This document shows, in pieces, positions 15,485 to 25,514 of a stretch of 64,000 nt of DNA (its first letter is position 1; every line of letters starts with the position of its first letter). A program made the position numbers and the translations under genes. Below the pieces are notes generated by a model. The model was not told where the DNA came from and made no database searches. It saw nothing but the letters and a program-made list of their open reading frames with translations. This DNA comes from Arcobacteraceae bacterium (GTDB lineage: Bacteria; Campylobacterota; Campylobacteria; Campylobacterales; Arcobacteraceae): assembly GCA_963662945.1 (NCBI GenBank), contig OY759974.1:736001-800000 (forward strand), written 5' to 3'.

Positions 15485-17445
15485 TTAAAAAATTACTTCT
15501 ATTTTTCAGTTTTATTGGTATTGGTGTACTAATATGGCTTTTATATCTTTATTCAGAGATACGATTTGATGTAGATAAAATTGTAGAATATAAACCAAAA
15601 CTTACGACACAGTTTTTTGATAAAAACGGTGTACATGTTGGAAATATCTTTGAAGATGAAAATAGACTTTATGTAAAATATGCAGATATACCTCCAAGGG
15701 TTACAGAATCACTCGTAGCAATAGAAGATACAAACTTTTTTGAACATAGTGGAGTTAATGTTGATGCGATAATAAGAGCACTTATAAAAGATATTAAAGC
15801 AATGGCTTTAGTTGAAGGGGCTAGTACACTTACACAACAACTTGTAAAAACAATGATTTTAACAAGAGATAAAAAACTTATTAGAAAGATCAAAGAGGTT
15901 CTGCTTTCTATGAGATTAGAAGCACTACTTTCAAAAGAAGATATTATAGAAAGATATCTCAATCAAGTATATTTTGGTCATGGATATTATGGTATTAAAA
16001 CAGCTGCTTTAGGATATTTTCATAAAGAGTTAGATCAACTAACTATAAAAGAGATAGCAATGCTTGTTGGACTTCCGAGAGCTCCAAGTTTTTATGACCC
16101 AACACGAAATTTAAAATATTCACTTATTCGAGCAAACCAAGTTATTAGTAGACTGTATACTTTAGGTTGGATTAGTGATGAGGAATACAATAAATCAATT
16201 AATGAATTACCTATTATTTATAATGATACTTTATCTTTAAACAAAGCTCCCTATATTATAGACCATGCTATTAAGCAGTTAAAAGATGATGTTCCAGATT
16301 TACGAACAGGTGGACATAAAATTGTTTTAACTATAGATTTAGAAGCACAAAAAATTGCACGAGAAGCTTTACGATATGGTTATGAAAGAATTAAACAAAG
16401 AGATGAATTTGTAGACACAAACGAAAGTACAACACAAACTTTAAATGGTGCTATAGTTGTATTAGAAAACTCAACAGGTGCAATTTTATCTATGGTTGGT
16501 GGAATTGATTATAAAGAGTCTTCATTTAATAGAGCAACACAAAGTTTAAGACAACCAGGAAGTGCAGTAAAACCATTTATTTATCAAGTTGCTTTAAATC
16601 TCGGTTACTCAACAGCAAGTAATCTTACAGATATTTCAAGAAACTATAAATACACTTCAAAAGACAATGAAGAGAAAATTTGGCAACCTAAAAACTATGA
16701 AAAGAACTTTAAAGGTCTTGTATCATTTAGATATGCACTTGTACACTCAAGAAACCTTGCAACGATTAATTTAGTTACTGATATTGGTATTGATATTCTT
16801 CATAAAGAGTTAGAACGATATGGTTTTAAAGATATCCCATTTGATTTGTCTATTACACTTGGAAGTTTTGGAATCTCTCCTTTAGATTTAAGTGAAGAAT
16901 ACACTATGTTTTCAAATAGTGGTATTGTTGTAACCCCTTACCTTATATCAAGTATAACAAACAGATACAATCAAAAAATTGTGTTCGAACCAGAAGAAAC
17001 TTATCTTAACTCTCCAGAACAAGCATATCTTATGACATCTATTTTAAAAGATGTTGTTAAAAAAGGAACTGGTAGAAGTGCACAAGTTGCAGATATAGAA
17101 CTAGTTGGTAAAACAGGTACAACAAACAACAACGTGGATGCTTGGTTTTGTGGTTATTCACCAACAATCCAAACTGTTATTTGGTATGGAAATGATGACA
17201 ATAAACCTATGGGGAAAAGAGAAACTGGGGGAAGAACAGCAGCTCCTGCTTTTAGATATTTTTACAAACATTGGTTAGAACTTCATCCTGAGATACAAAG
17301 AGATTTTGTGATGCCTCCAAATGTATTTGTGCAAAAATACAATGGAGAAGATGAATTATTTACAGAAACATCAAGAGTTCCAAAAGAACAAACAGATGTA
17401 GAGATACAAACAGATTATCTCAAAAATAAGAATATACTTTTTTAA
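15481..17445 (+). CDS. Class A penicillin-binding protein (PBP1A family)
   Basis: N-terminal TM; transglycosylase EDxxFFEH and GASTLTQQ; transpeptidase SAVK, SRN and KTG. Confidence 0.95.
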   Translation: MIKKLLLFFSFIGIGVLIWLLYLYSEIRFDVDKIVEYKPKLTTQFFDKNGVHVGNIFEDENRLYVKYADIPPRVTESLVAIEDTNFFEHSGVNVDAIIRALIKDIKAMALVEGASTLTQQLVKTMILTRDKKLIRKIKEVLLSMRLEALLSKEDIIERYLNQVYFGHGYYGIKTAALGYFHKELDQLTIKEIAMLVGLPRAPSFYDPTRNLKYSLIRANQVISRLYTLGWISDEEYNKSINELPIIYNDTLSLNKAPYIIDHAIKQLKDDVPDLRTGGHKIVLTIDLEAQKIAREALRYGYERIKQRDEFVDTNESTTQTLNGAIVVLENSTGAILSMVGGIDYKESSFNRATQSLRQPGSAVKPFIYQVALNLGYSTASNLTDISRNYKYTSKDNEEKIWQPKNYEKNFKGLVSFRYALVHSRNLATINLVTDIGIDILHKELERYGFKDIPFDLSITLGSFGISPLDLSEEYTMFSNSGIVVTPYLISSITNRYNQKIVFEPEETYLNSPEQAYLMTSILKDVVKKGTGRSAQVADIELVGKTGTTNNNVDAWFCGYSPTIQTVIWYGNDDNKPMGKRETGGRTAAPAFRYFYKHWLELHPEIQRDFVMPPNVFVQKYNGEDELFTETSRVPKEQTDVEIQTDYLKNKNILF

Positions 17446-17452
17446 TATATTC

Positions 17453-18190
17453 TTATTTATCTGTTAAAAAATACTCTATATTATTCTCTTCTATAAATTT
17501 CACAAACATATCAAAATATTTTTTTGCTTCTAATTCATCATAAGAAGCTATTGAAATTATAACGGCTCTTTTTTCTCCATGAATCTGAGGCAACGATGAC
17601 ATATCAATATGAGAAGGTATTAACTTCATTGTATCTATCAAATCATTTTCACTACATAAAGCTTTCAATGAAAATCTTATTTTTGCTCTATTTGCTGGAT
17701 AATACTTCTCTAAAACTTCCAACACCATAGGATGTGCCATAGAAGGAAATCCAGGTGTAAAAAAATATTTTCCTTCCAAACCAAAACCTGGTACATTTGT
17801 CACTACATTTTTTAGTAAACTTGCATTTATTGGCAGATTTGCCATATTAATACGATGCGGGTAAGATTCATCACCAAATTTATCTATGATACACTTTTTA
17901 GCTTCACTATGTATTTCCATCTTTCCATCAGTAAAAGCATTTGCAGCTGCAACTCTTGTATAGTCATCTGGTGTTGCACCAATTCCACCAAAACAAAATA
18001 ACACTGCATCTGGATCATTTTTCACTAAACGAAAAACATCTTCTATAAAAGGTGGTTCATCTTTTATCACAAAAGAAGCTTTTTGTTCCCAACCTCTTTT
18101 TAAAAGTTCCTCATTAAGAAATGAGAAATGGGCATCTTCTCGACGCCCATTTAATAGTTCTGTACCAATAATTACAGAATAAAAATTCAT
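17453..18190 (-). CDS. CinA-like molybdopterin-binding-domain protein (COG1058 type, no PncC domain)
   Basis: IIGTELLNGRREDAH, GGIGATPDDYT and PGFPSM motifs. Confidence 0.85.
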   Translation of the reverse strand: MNFYSVIIGTELLNGRREDAHFSFLNEELLKRGWEQKASFVIKDEPPFIEDVFRLVKNDPDAVLFCFGGIGATPDDYTRVAAANAFTDGKMEIHSEAKKCIIDKFGDESYPHRINMANLPINASLLKNVVTNVPGFGLEGKYFFTPGFPSMAHPMVLEVLEKYYPANRAKIRFSLKALCSENDLIDTMKLIPSHIDMSSLPQIHGEKRAVIISIASYDELEAKKYFDMFVKFIEENNIEYFLTDK

Positions 18191-18201
18191 AAAAACTCCA
18201 A

Positions 18202-18771
18202 TTACATTTTAGATTGGATAAACTCATCCATCTCAGAAACAATCTCTTCTATTGTTCTTTCACCATTAATCTTTACAAGCATATTTTTTGCTGTATAAAA
18301 GTTTTGTATTTCTGCTAATGGTTCTGTATATACTTTCATTCTGTTATTAAATACTTCATTATTATCATCTGCACCTCGTGAACGACCAAGAACTCTATCT
18401 CGTGCTACTTCTTCTGAAACTTCTACTTCAATAACATTCACCAATTTTACTTCATCTTCATGTACTAAATAGTTATCCAATGCTTCCATTTGTTCTAAAC
18501 TTCTTGGATAACCATCGATAACGATAACTGGTGTTGGTGCTTTTTTTATAGCATTTACAATTGTCTCTATTGCTACTTCAATTGGCACTAAATTTCCAGC
18601 ACTCATATATTTATCTAGTGTCTTTCCTAACTCACTTCCTGTTTTTACTTCTGCTCTAAACATATCTCCTGTTGAATAGTGTGTAATATTTTCGTGGTTT
18701 TTAGCAATAAGTTCTGCATCTGTAGTTTTTCCACTTCCAGGTGCACCAATTATCAAAAATAGCTTTTTCAT
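18202..18771 (-). CDS. adk: Adenylate kinase, short form (no LID insert)
   Basis: [21 protein letters not shown] and RSRGADDN motifs. Confidence 0.92.
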   Translation of the reverse strand: MKKLFLIIGAPGSGKTTDAELIAKNHENITHYSTGDMFRAEVKTGSELGKTLDKYMSAGNLVPIEVAIETIVNAIKKAPTPVIVIDGYPRSLEQMEALDNYLVHEDEVKLVNVIEVEVSEEVARDRVLGRSRGADDNNEVFNNRMKVYTEPLAEIQNFYTAKNMLVKINGERTIEEIVSEMDEFIQSKM

Positions 18772-18897
18772 AGCATTTTTCCTTCTTTTAAATTAAAAAT
18801 GATTATAACGAAAAGATGTTAAAGAAATTATTGATACATTATCTGTTATTAACTACTTTTTTTATACAATTACAAAAAAGAAAAGTAAGGAATAGAA

Positions 18898-19539
18898 ATG
18901 AATTTAATGCTATTTGGTGCACCTGGTGCAGGAAAAGGTACACAAGCAAAATTTTTAATAGAAAAGTACGGTATCCCACAAATCTCAACAGGAGATATTT
19001 TAAGAGCTGCAATTGCAGATGAAACAGCTATGGGTATGGAAGCAAAAAGATTCATGGATGAAGGAAAATTAGTTCCAGATTCAACTATTATTGGTATTAT
19101 TAAAGATAGATTAGCTGAAGATGATTGTAAAAATGGATTTATCTTAGATGGTTTTCCAAGAACATTACCTCAAGCTGAAGCTTTAAGTGAACTTATGAAA
19201 GAGATGAATATCTCTTTAGATAAAGTTATCTCTTTAAATGTTCCAGATGAACTAATCGTTGGTAGAATCACAGGAAGAAGAGTTTGTTCTAAATGTGGTG
19301 CTTCATTCCATGTAGAATTTAATCCTTCAAAAGAAGAAAATGTATGTGACTACTGTGGTGGAGAACTTATCATAAGAAAAGATGATAATGCTGAAACTGT
19401 AAAAAGTAGACTTGGGGCTTACCATGAGCAAACAGCACCACTTATAGCATTTTACACAAATATGGGTGTGATGGTAGAACTTGATGGAACAAAAGACGTA
19501 TCAGAAGTAACAGCTGATATGATTGCAGCACTGAACTAA
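18898..19539 (+). CDS. adk: Adenylate kinase, long form with Cys4 zinc LID
   Basis: GAPGAGKGT, ISTGDILR, LDGFPR; LID CSKC...CDYC. Confidence 0.96.
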   Translation: MNLMLFGAPGAGKGTQAKFLIEKYGIPQISTGDILRAAIADETAMGMEAKRFMDEGKLVPDSTIIGIIKDRLAEDDCKNGFILDGFPRTLPQAEALSELMKEMNISLDKVISLNVPDELIVGRITGRRVCSKCGASFHVEFNPSKEENVCDYCGGELIIRKDDNAETVKSRLGAYHEQTAPLIAFYTNMGVMVELDGTKDVSEVTADMIAALN

Positions 19540-19592
19540 TATACTCAAATTTTTGAAAAATATTTAAATTTTCTCTTAAATAAAAAAACTAC

Positions 19593-19626
19593 AAACTTCC
19601 CTTTGACGCTAGTAAAAGGGAGGTTT
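19593..19626 (+). terminator. Probable intrinsic terminator after the long adk
   Basis: AAACTTCCCTTT...AAAAGGGAGGTTT stem followed by T residues. Confidence 0.55.
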
Positions 19627-19652
19627 TAACTTTATTTATATATCATTTCTTC

Positions 19653-20861
19653 ATGAAAAAATTTATAACTTACAATGAATCATTAAATATATTAAATACC
19701 ATTTTATATGAAAACAAATCAACACAAAAACTTTTTATAAGTGACAGTTTAGGAAGAGTATTAGCCAAAGATATCGTTGCATCAGAAAACTCACCAGCAT
19801 TTGAAACTTCTGCTATGGATGGATATGCTCTCAAACATGAAGATTTACATCTAGGCAAACTAAAAATCACAGATAAAAATCCAGCTGGTACAATGATAAC
19901 ATCAAAAGTAGAAACAGGAACATGTATCAAAACATTTACAGGTTCACTTATGCCAAAAGGAAGTGATACACTTATACCTATAGAAAATGTTACTGTTGAG
20001 GGTGAATATATTATTATCAATGAAGAGGTTCCAAAAAACTTTGCAGTAAGAGCAGTTGGGGAAAACTACAAAAAAGATGAAGTTCTTATAAATGCAGGAA
20101 CTTTAATCGACTTTGCACAAATCGGTGTAATGGCTAGTTTAAATGTGGCTCAAGTAGAAGTATATACACAACCAACTATTGCTATAGCAAGTACAGGAAG
20201 TGAAATACTAGATGTGGGAGAAACACAAACAAATGACTCACAAATAAGAAGTTCAAATCATCTTACTTTAGAAGCAATAGCTAGAAAAAATGGTGCAGAT
20301 GTTTTGCAAATGGGTGTCGTAAAAGATGATAAAGAATCTATAACTAACCTTCTTAAAAATGCCCTTGAAAACGCTGATATAGTTGTAACTACTGGTGGGG
20401 TTAGTGTTGGAGATTATGATTTTGTAAAAGATGTTATTAAAGAAGATTTACAATGTGAAGTCCTCTTCCAAGGTGTAGATATCAAACCGGGGCAACATAT
20501 ACTTTTTGCTAAAAAAGATGAAAAGTTTATCATAGGACTTCCAGGTTTTGCATACTCTAGTACTGTAACATTCTTGCTTTATGTACTACCACTTATTTAT
20601 AAACTTAAAGGTGCAAATGAAAAACTCAATATAATAGAAGCTATCTGTGATGAAAACTTTCCAAAAAAAGGAAATAAAACTACTTTTACAGCTTGTAATA
20701 TAGAATTTAAAGATGGGAACTATCATATTAACTTTGATGGGAAAAAAAGTGGAAGTAGTGCTATTTTGACAAATATGCTTGGAAATTGTGGATTGTTATT
20801 TCAAGAGGCGGATAGTGGTGCTATATCTAAATGGGATAGAGTTAAGGTTATTTTACTTTAA
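19653..20861 (+). CDS. moeA: Molybdopterin molybdenumtransferase
   Basis: GRVLAKDI, SAMDGYA, TTGGVSVGDYD, IKPG and GLPG motifs. Confidence 0.95.
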   Translation: MKKFITYNESLNILNTILYENKSTQKLFISDSLGRVLAKDIVASENSPAFETSAMDGYALKHEDLHLGKLKITDKNPAGTMITSKVETGTCIKTFTGSLMPKGSDTLIPIENVTVEGEYIIINEEVPKNFAVRAVGENYKKDEVLINAGTLIDFAQIGVMASLNVAQVEVYTQPTIAIASTGSEILDVGETQTNDSQIRSSNHLTLEAIARKNGADVLQMGVVKDDKESITNLLKNALENADIVVTTGGVSVGDYDFVKDVIKEDLQCEVLFQGVDIKPGQHILFAKKDEKFIIGLPGFAYSSTVTFLLYVLPLIYKLKGANEKLNIIEAICDENFPKKGNKTTFTACNIEFKDGNYHINFDGKKSGSSAILTNMLGNCGLLFQEADSGAISKWDRVKVILL

Positions 20862-20886
20862 CTCTATACTAAATTTTCAAAAAATA

Positions 20887-22464
20887 TTACGAATTTCCTC
20901 GTATTATTTCCTCTTTTAAAGCCTGTTTATCGATCTTAGACTTATCTTTAGAATCCATAGGCATATTTGCTTTAAAAATAATCGTTGTAGGTATCATATA
21001 AGATGGAAGATGTTTTTTGAGTTCAAAGATTATCTCATTTTTAGCTAACTCTTTTGTTCCACTATAAACTAAAACTACCTCTTCCTCTATTTTCTCATTT
21101 TCTATCCCAAAAACTGCACACTCTTTTACCTCTGGAATATTTTCATATACAACAGTTTCAATTTCAAGTGGGCTTATTCTATAACCACTTGTTTTAATCA
21201 TATCATCATGTCTACATACAAAATAGATATAACCCTCTTCATCTTTATATACATAATCCCCAGTTGCAACAACAACCTCATCTGTTAAACCTTGTTGTAG
21301 GTCTATGACATTTTCTAGAATTTTAATAGATTTAAAACTATTGTCAGTATCTTCTTGTGAGTTCCAAAATCCACGATAAATTCCTGCACCTCTATGGATA
21401 AGCTGCCCTACTTCTCTTGGAGCACATTCATATCCTTTTTCATTGATAACATAAAGGTCTACATCTGGGATAGCTTTTCCTATAGAGTTTGGTCTTATTT
21501 TTATCTGAGAGGGATCAAGGTATGCTGAACGAAATGCTTCTGTATGTCCACTCATAGAGTAAAACTTCGTTTTAGGAAAATACTCTTGAATTTTTTCAAT
21601 CATTGTCATAGTTACATTTCCACCTGAAGAAGTAATAACTCTTACATGTTCAAGTTGTGAAGGACTTGGAAGTCTATGACTATCTTCATCAAACATTTGT
21701 GAGAAATGTACAGGCATAGCACCTATTACAGTTACTTTATCTTTTAAAATATGTGCAAAAAAATCACTTGGTGTAAAAAATGTATAGATAGCAAAAGTAG
21801 CTCGTGCATAAAATGAAGTAAATATTTGATTTAAACCATAATCAAAACTAAATGAGAGTAATCCACTTAATACATCATCCTCTTTTATCTCTAAATAGTT
21901 ATAGACAACTCTTGCACTATCTATAAGGTTTTTATGTGAGATAACAACCCCTTTTGGAAAACCACTTGAAGCAAAAGAATAAGTTATCGCTGCATTATCA
22001 TGCCCTTTGATACTACATTCATAACTACTACTATAACATTTGTAAATCTCTTTAAAAGAAACTATTTCCTCATCAGAACTTTCCACTGTGATGATTTTTC
22101 CACTATATGAAGTCTCTTTTAGGGTTTTTAACTTTTGCTCATCTGTTATCATACAGCTTATATCACAATCTTTGATGATATACTCAACTTGTTCTGCTTT
22201 TAATAACTTTGTAATAGGAACTAAAACATAATCAGTTGATAACACAGCTAAGATAGAGATAACTTTTTGGTTGTTTTTATTTGAGTAAATACCTATTCTT
22301 GCACCTTTTCCCAACTCTAAAGTTGTGATATAGTGAGCTAGTTTATTTACTTGTTCATACACTTCACTGTATGTAAGCTTCCCAACTTTATCAATAAGAG
22401 CTATTTTATCAGGTGTTTTTTGATTTGCGATTTCTACTAGGTTTCTTATACTATTGATAGACAT
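20887..22464 (-). CDS. Stand-alone adenylate-forming (AMP-binding) enzyme resembling the exosortase A-associated acyl-CoA ligase family
   Basis: SSGFPKGVVISHKNL, FSFDYGLNQ, TEAFRS, RPNSIGKAIP, TGD, DDMIKTSGYRISP and terminal KIDK. Confidence 0.88.
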   Translation of the reverse strand: MSINSIRNLVEIANQKTPDKIALIDKVGKLTYSEVYEQVNKLAHYITTLELGKGARIGIYSNKNNQKVISILAVLSTDYVLVPITKLLKAEQVEYIIKDCDISCMITDEQKLKTLKETSYSGKIITVESSDEEIVSFKEIYKCYSSSYECSIKGHDNAAITYSFASSGFPKGVVISHKNLIDSARVVYNYLEIKEDDVLSGLLSFSFDYGLNQIFTSFYARATFAIYTFFTPSDFFAHILKDKVTVIGAMPVHFSQMFDEDSHRLPSPSQLEHVRVITSSGGNVTMTMIEKIQEYFPKTKFYSMSGHTEAFRSAYLDPSQIKIRPNSIGKAIPDVDLYVINEKGYECAPREVGQLIHRGAGIYRGFWNSQEDTDNSFKSIKILENVIDLQQGLTDEVVVATGDYVYKDEEGYIYFVCRHDDMIKTSGYRISPLEIETVVYENIPEVKECAVFGIENEKIEEEVVLVYSGTKELAKNEIIFELKKHLPSYMIPTTIIFKANMPMDSKDKSKIDKQALKEEIIRGNS

Positions 22465-22474
22465 TCCCTACTCC

Positions 22475-23650
22475 TTATTTACTCATACCAAGTGTCCAGA
22501 TCTCATAATCTTTGTCCACTACAAGTGTTGGTGTTGTATTAAAATGTAAAAGCTTTTTATAAAAAAATGAGATAATATCTTCCATCTCTTCATTATCTAA
22601 AACTTTTGTAATTCCACCTGTTAATACTATAGAATTAAGTGTATCAAGTTTTATATTTAAGTATGATTTATGATGATGTGATATTTTATATAAAACTAAG
22701 AAAATAGAGAGTTGCATAAGAAGTTTTGTAGTCTTTGCATCTTTACTATCTAGCATGTTTTCTGTAGTATTAAGATGTGCTAAAAGTTCATATACAAACT
22801 CATTGTTTTTTGCAGTGTGTACTAAACTTTCTCTTGATTTATAAACACCAAGTTTTTTAAATACTAGTCTATCGTATTCATTCTCTGTAAGGATGTTATC
22901 ATCTACTAAATCTTTAGAGTAATGAATATCTGTCGTAGCCCCACCAATATCTATCACGATAAATGGATCAGCAACATCAAGTTTTGTATGAATCAATGGT
23001 AATGATTGATTTACGATATATGGTGTTGAGTATATCTGATTTGATGTAAGTTCATATAATCTTTTTATATCCTCTTTCCCCATAATATCTGCTTGGTAAA
23101 GGTTAGTTAAATACTCTTTTAAATCATCCTCTACCATTTTAAGTTTATTGTCTATGATATTTGGCAATACAACTAGATTTTCAATATTTTGTGTCAAAAA
23201 TTCAACTTGTGTTTGGCTTCCCACATAAACTATATTTGAGTAGTTTAATTTATCAAGATAGGTTATAAGTGTTTCATCAAATACATTTTGTACACTGTCA
23301 ATCCCACCTACAACAATAACCACATCAAGAGTATCAGTTGGTACTGCATAACTCTCAATTTGAGAATACACAACAGTTTCAATAATATTGATACCAGAAT
23401 TATACGCTATATTTGAAGCATATTTTAAACTAAATGATTCAGTAAGTCCAATAATAAGTGTACTTAATCCACCATTTGCAGAACTACAGATTTGTATCTC
23501 ATCTTTTTGATATTTTTGGATTGTCTCAGCACATTTAAATAGTAAATCATCATAAATATCTTTATCAAAATTTCTAAAATGATGAGAAATATTTCCATCA
23601 TCACATACTTTAAAATAAGTACTTCCTACATCTATTAACATTTTGCTCAT
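22475..23650 (-). CDS. glmL: Glutamate mutase reactivating factor (GlmL/MutL family, ASKHA ATPase fold)
   Basis: IDVGSTYFK, CSSANGGL, IDIGGATTDIH and LTGG motifs; adjacent to the mutase subunits. Confidence 0.88.
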   Translation of the reverse strand: MSKMLIDVGSTYFKVCDDGNISHHFRNFDKDIYDDLLFKCAETIQKYQKDEIQICSSANGGLSTLIIGLTESFSLKYASNIAYNSGINIIETVVYSQIESYAVPTDTLDVVIVVGGIDSVQNVFDETLITYLDKLNYSNIVYVGSQTQVEFLTQNIENLVVLPNIIDNKLKMVEDDLKEYLTNLYQADIMGKEDIKRLYELTSNQIYSTPYIVNQSLPLIHTKLDVADPFIVIDIGGATTDIHYSKDLVDDNILTENEYDRLVFKKLGVYKSRESLVHTAKNNEFVYELLAHLNTTENMLDSKDAKTTKLLMQLSIFLVLYKISHHHKSYLNIKLDTLNSIVLTGGITKVLDNEEMEDIISFFYKKLLHFNTTPTLVVDKDYEIWTLGMSK

Positions 23651-25011
23651 AACATAACTCCAATATCATGGATGATTTGATTTACCACTGAGTTTGGATT
23701 TTCCCCAAGGTCTATTTTTGATTGTTCATATTTAAAACTTTTTTCACTTAAAGGAAGTTTCCCTTTTTTATAAATACGAATATTGCTATCTTTATCTCTT
23801 ACGGTGATAAGTTCATTGTTGTTTATAATATGTGGAGAGAATGGAACATCTATGATACCATTTTTAATAGAGTTGAATACTTTTCTCCAAAGAGTATCTG
23901 CATGGTCATTAAAAATTGCTTCAAATATCTCATCCACTTCTCTTTCTAGATTTTCCTCTTCTTCCTCATCTACAAAAGCAGGAACTCCTCGAAGTGTTTT
24001 AAGAGTATATTGTACATTTGAAACAGCTTGGGCATTGTCCTCTTTTGTAGGAATACCAAAAGCTTCTGCACGTGTTTTTGTGATAATTTTATCTGCTTTT
24101 ACCATACCAGCTATCATAGCACCTATATCTATGAGGCTATCTGATTTAAACTTATCTCGTGGGAAAGCTCCCATCCATTGATGATATACTAGATTTATAG
24201 TTGCATCAGTTACACCTATTTTTGCTGCATATTCATTTGCTTTTTTTCGTAATACTTTTGACATAACTAAATCTTGATTTAAACTTCCACTTTGAGCAAA
24301 ACTTACAGAGAAAGATTTTACACCCTCTTCTAGTGAAAGTAGCATCTCACAGATTTGTATAACTATAGTAATACAAGGTGGCACTAAAGTTGCTGTAAGT
24401 GGTCCAAATGATTCTCTATTGATTGGTTCATTGAGTGTTGAGTATTTTGCACAAACTCTTTCCACATGTTTCCAATATAAAAAAGCTTTATCTTGTGGAA
24501 AGTTTTTTGAATATGGGAGGATATAGGTTATAGGTCCACCCTCTATCTCAAAAACACCACTTGCTATTGCCATCTCTACAAGTAGTCTTGCATCTGGTGT
24601 TCCATGTCGTAAACTCACAGGTGTATTAAAATGTGTAACCATTTTTCGTGTAGTTCTATATCCATGGTTTATAAGTGGATAACCGTTTAAAAGGTCAGTT
24701 TCTGTCTCTTCAGAAAGTCTCAACATCTTTGCAGCACTTCCATAGTCATTAAGTCTTGTATGAGAATCAATTGTCATAGGTAAGATATCTACTACAGGTG
24801 CAAATTGTTCATAGAGTGCATACATTTTTTCAAAAGTTGGAAATCCACCTCTTGGTTGTACTAAAGTCTTATCTCTATTGTTTTTAAACTTATGAGATAT
24901 AAAAAGCTCTTTATTTGCATTTTTTACAAACTCTTCAATCTCAGAAAAATCAAAATTATCAACATATTGGTTTGATACGATTATTTCTCTATCTCTTTGT
25001 AGTAAACTCAT
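23647..25011 (-). CDS. glmE: Glutamate (methylaspartate) mutase E subunit
   Basis: QPRGG, TIDSHTR, LLNGYP, RHGTPDARLL, EGGPITY, INRESFGPL, HQWMGAFP and KTRAEAFGIPT motifs. Confidence 0.94.
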   Translation of the reverse strand: MSLLQRDREIIVSNQYVDNFDFSEIEEFVKNANKELFISHKFKNNRDKTLVQPRGGFPTFEKMYALYEQFAPVVDILPMTIDSHTRLNDYGSAAKMLRLSEETETDLLNGYPLINHGYRTTRKMVTHFNTPVSLRHGTPDARLLVEMAIASGVFEIEGGPITYILPYSKNFPQDKAFLYWKHVERVCAKYSTLNEPINRESFGPLTATLVPPCITIVIQICEMLLSLEEGVKSFSVSFAQSGSLNQDLVMSKVLRKKANEYAAKIGVTDATINLVYHQWMGAFPRDKFKSDSLIDIGAMIAGMVKADKIITKTRAEAFGIPTKEDNAQAVSNVQYTLKTLRGVPAFVDEEEEENLEREVDEIFEAIFNDHADTLWRKVFNSIKNGIIDVPFSPHIINNNELITVRDKDSNIRIYKKGKLPLSEKSFKYEQSKIDLGENPNSVVNQIIHDIGVML

Positions 25012-25415
25012 AGTAAGTATCCTTGTACATGGTTATCAAGAATATTTAAACCTTCCATCAAATCAATTTGATGAAAAACCAAATCAAAACCATACTCTTT
25101 GAATTTTGGTACTATTAAGCTCTCATCACCCTCACCAACACTCAAGTTTCCACCAATAACAAATACTACATCTTTAAGTTTATACTTATCTTTTAAAATC
25201 ATCAAATCTCTACACCACCCTTCGGCTTCACCGTTAAGTGAAGAGATAAGTAAAACCTTCGCATCTGTTTCTATGACTGCATCAATAAACTCTTCTAAAT
25301 AGGTATTAACCCCAAGATTAAATACCTCATATCCCCTACTTTGTAAAGAGATATCAATAAGTCTATTTGCTACAACATGGATATCATTTCCAACTACACC
25401 TGTTACAACTTTCAC
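25008..25415 (-). CDS. glmS: Glutamate (methylaspartate) mutase S subunit, cobalamin-binding
   Basis: GVVGNDIHVVAN (DxH), SSLNG and GGNL motifs; GTG start with AGGA RBS. The symbol refers to the mutase S subunit, not glucosamine synthase. Confidence 0.93.
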   Translation of the reverse strand: MKVVTGVVGNDIHVVANRLIDISLQSRGYEVFNLGVNTYLEEFIDAVIETDAKVLLISSLNGEAEGWCRDLMILKDKYKLKDVVFVIGGNLSVGEGDESLIVPKFKEYGFDLVFHQIDLMEGLNILDNHVQGYLL

Positions 25416-25442
25416 ATCTTATCCTAGTAAAAAAATTGTGTG

Positions 25443-25483
25443 ATTATATCTAAATAGTGATTAAAAGTATTATTTGATATAAT
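25443..25483. promoter_or_regulatory. Back-to-back sigma70 -10 elements for the glm operon and the RraA gene
   Basis: TATAAT on minus at 25448-25443; extended TGaTATAAT on plus at 25475-25483. Confidence 0.6.
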
Positions 25484-25514
25484 CCCATTACTAACATACA
25501 AAATAGGAAAATGA

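Noticed and set aside
25416-25514. Cobalamin riboswitch ahead of the mutase operon
   Set aside because: The spacer is only 99 bp, very AT-rich and shows no B12 box
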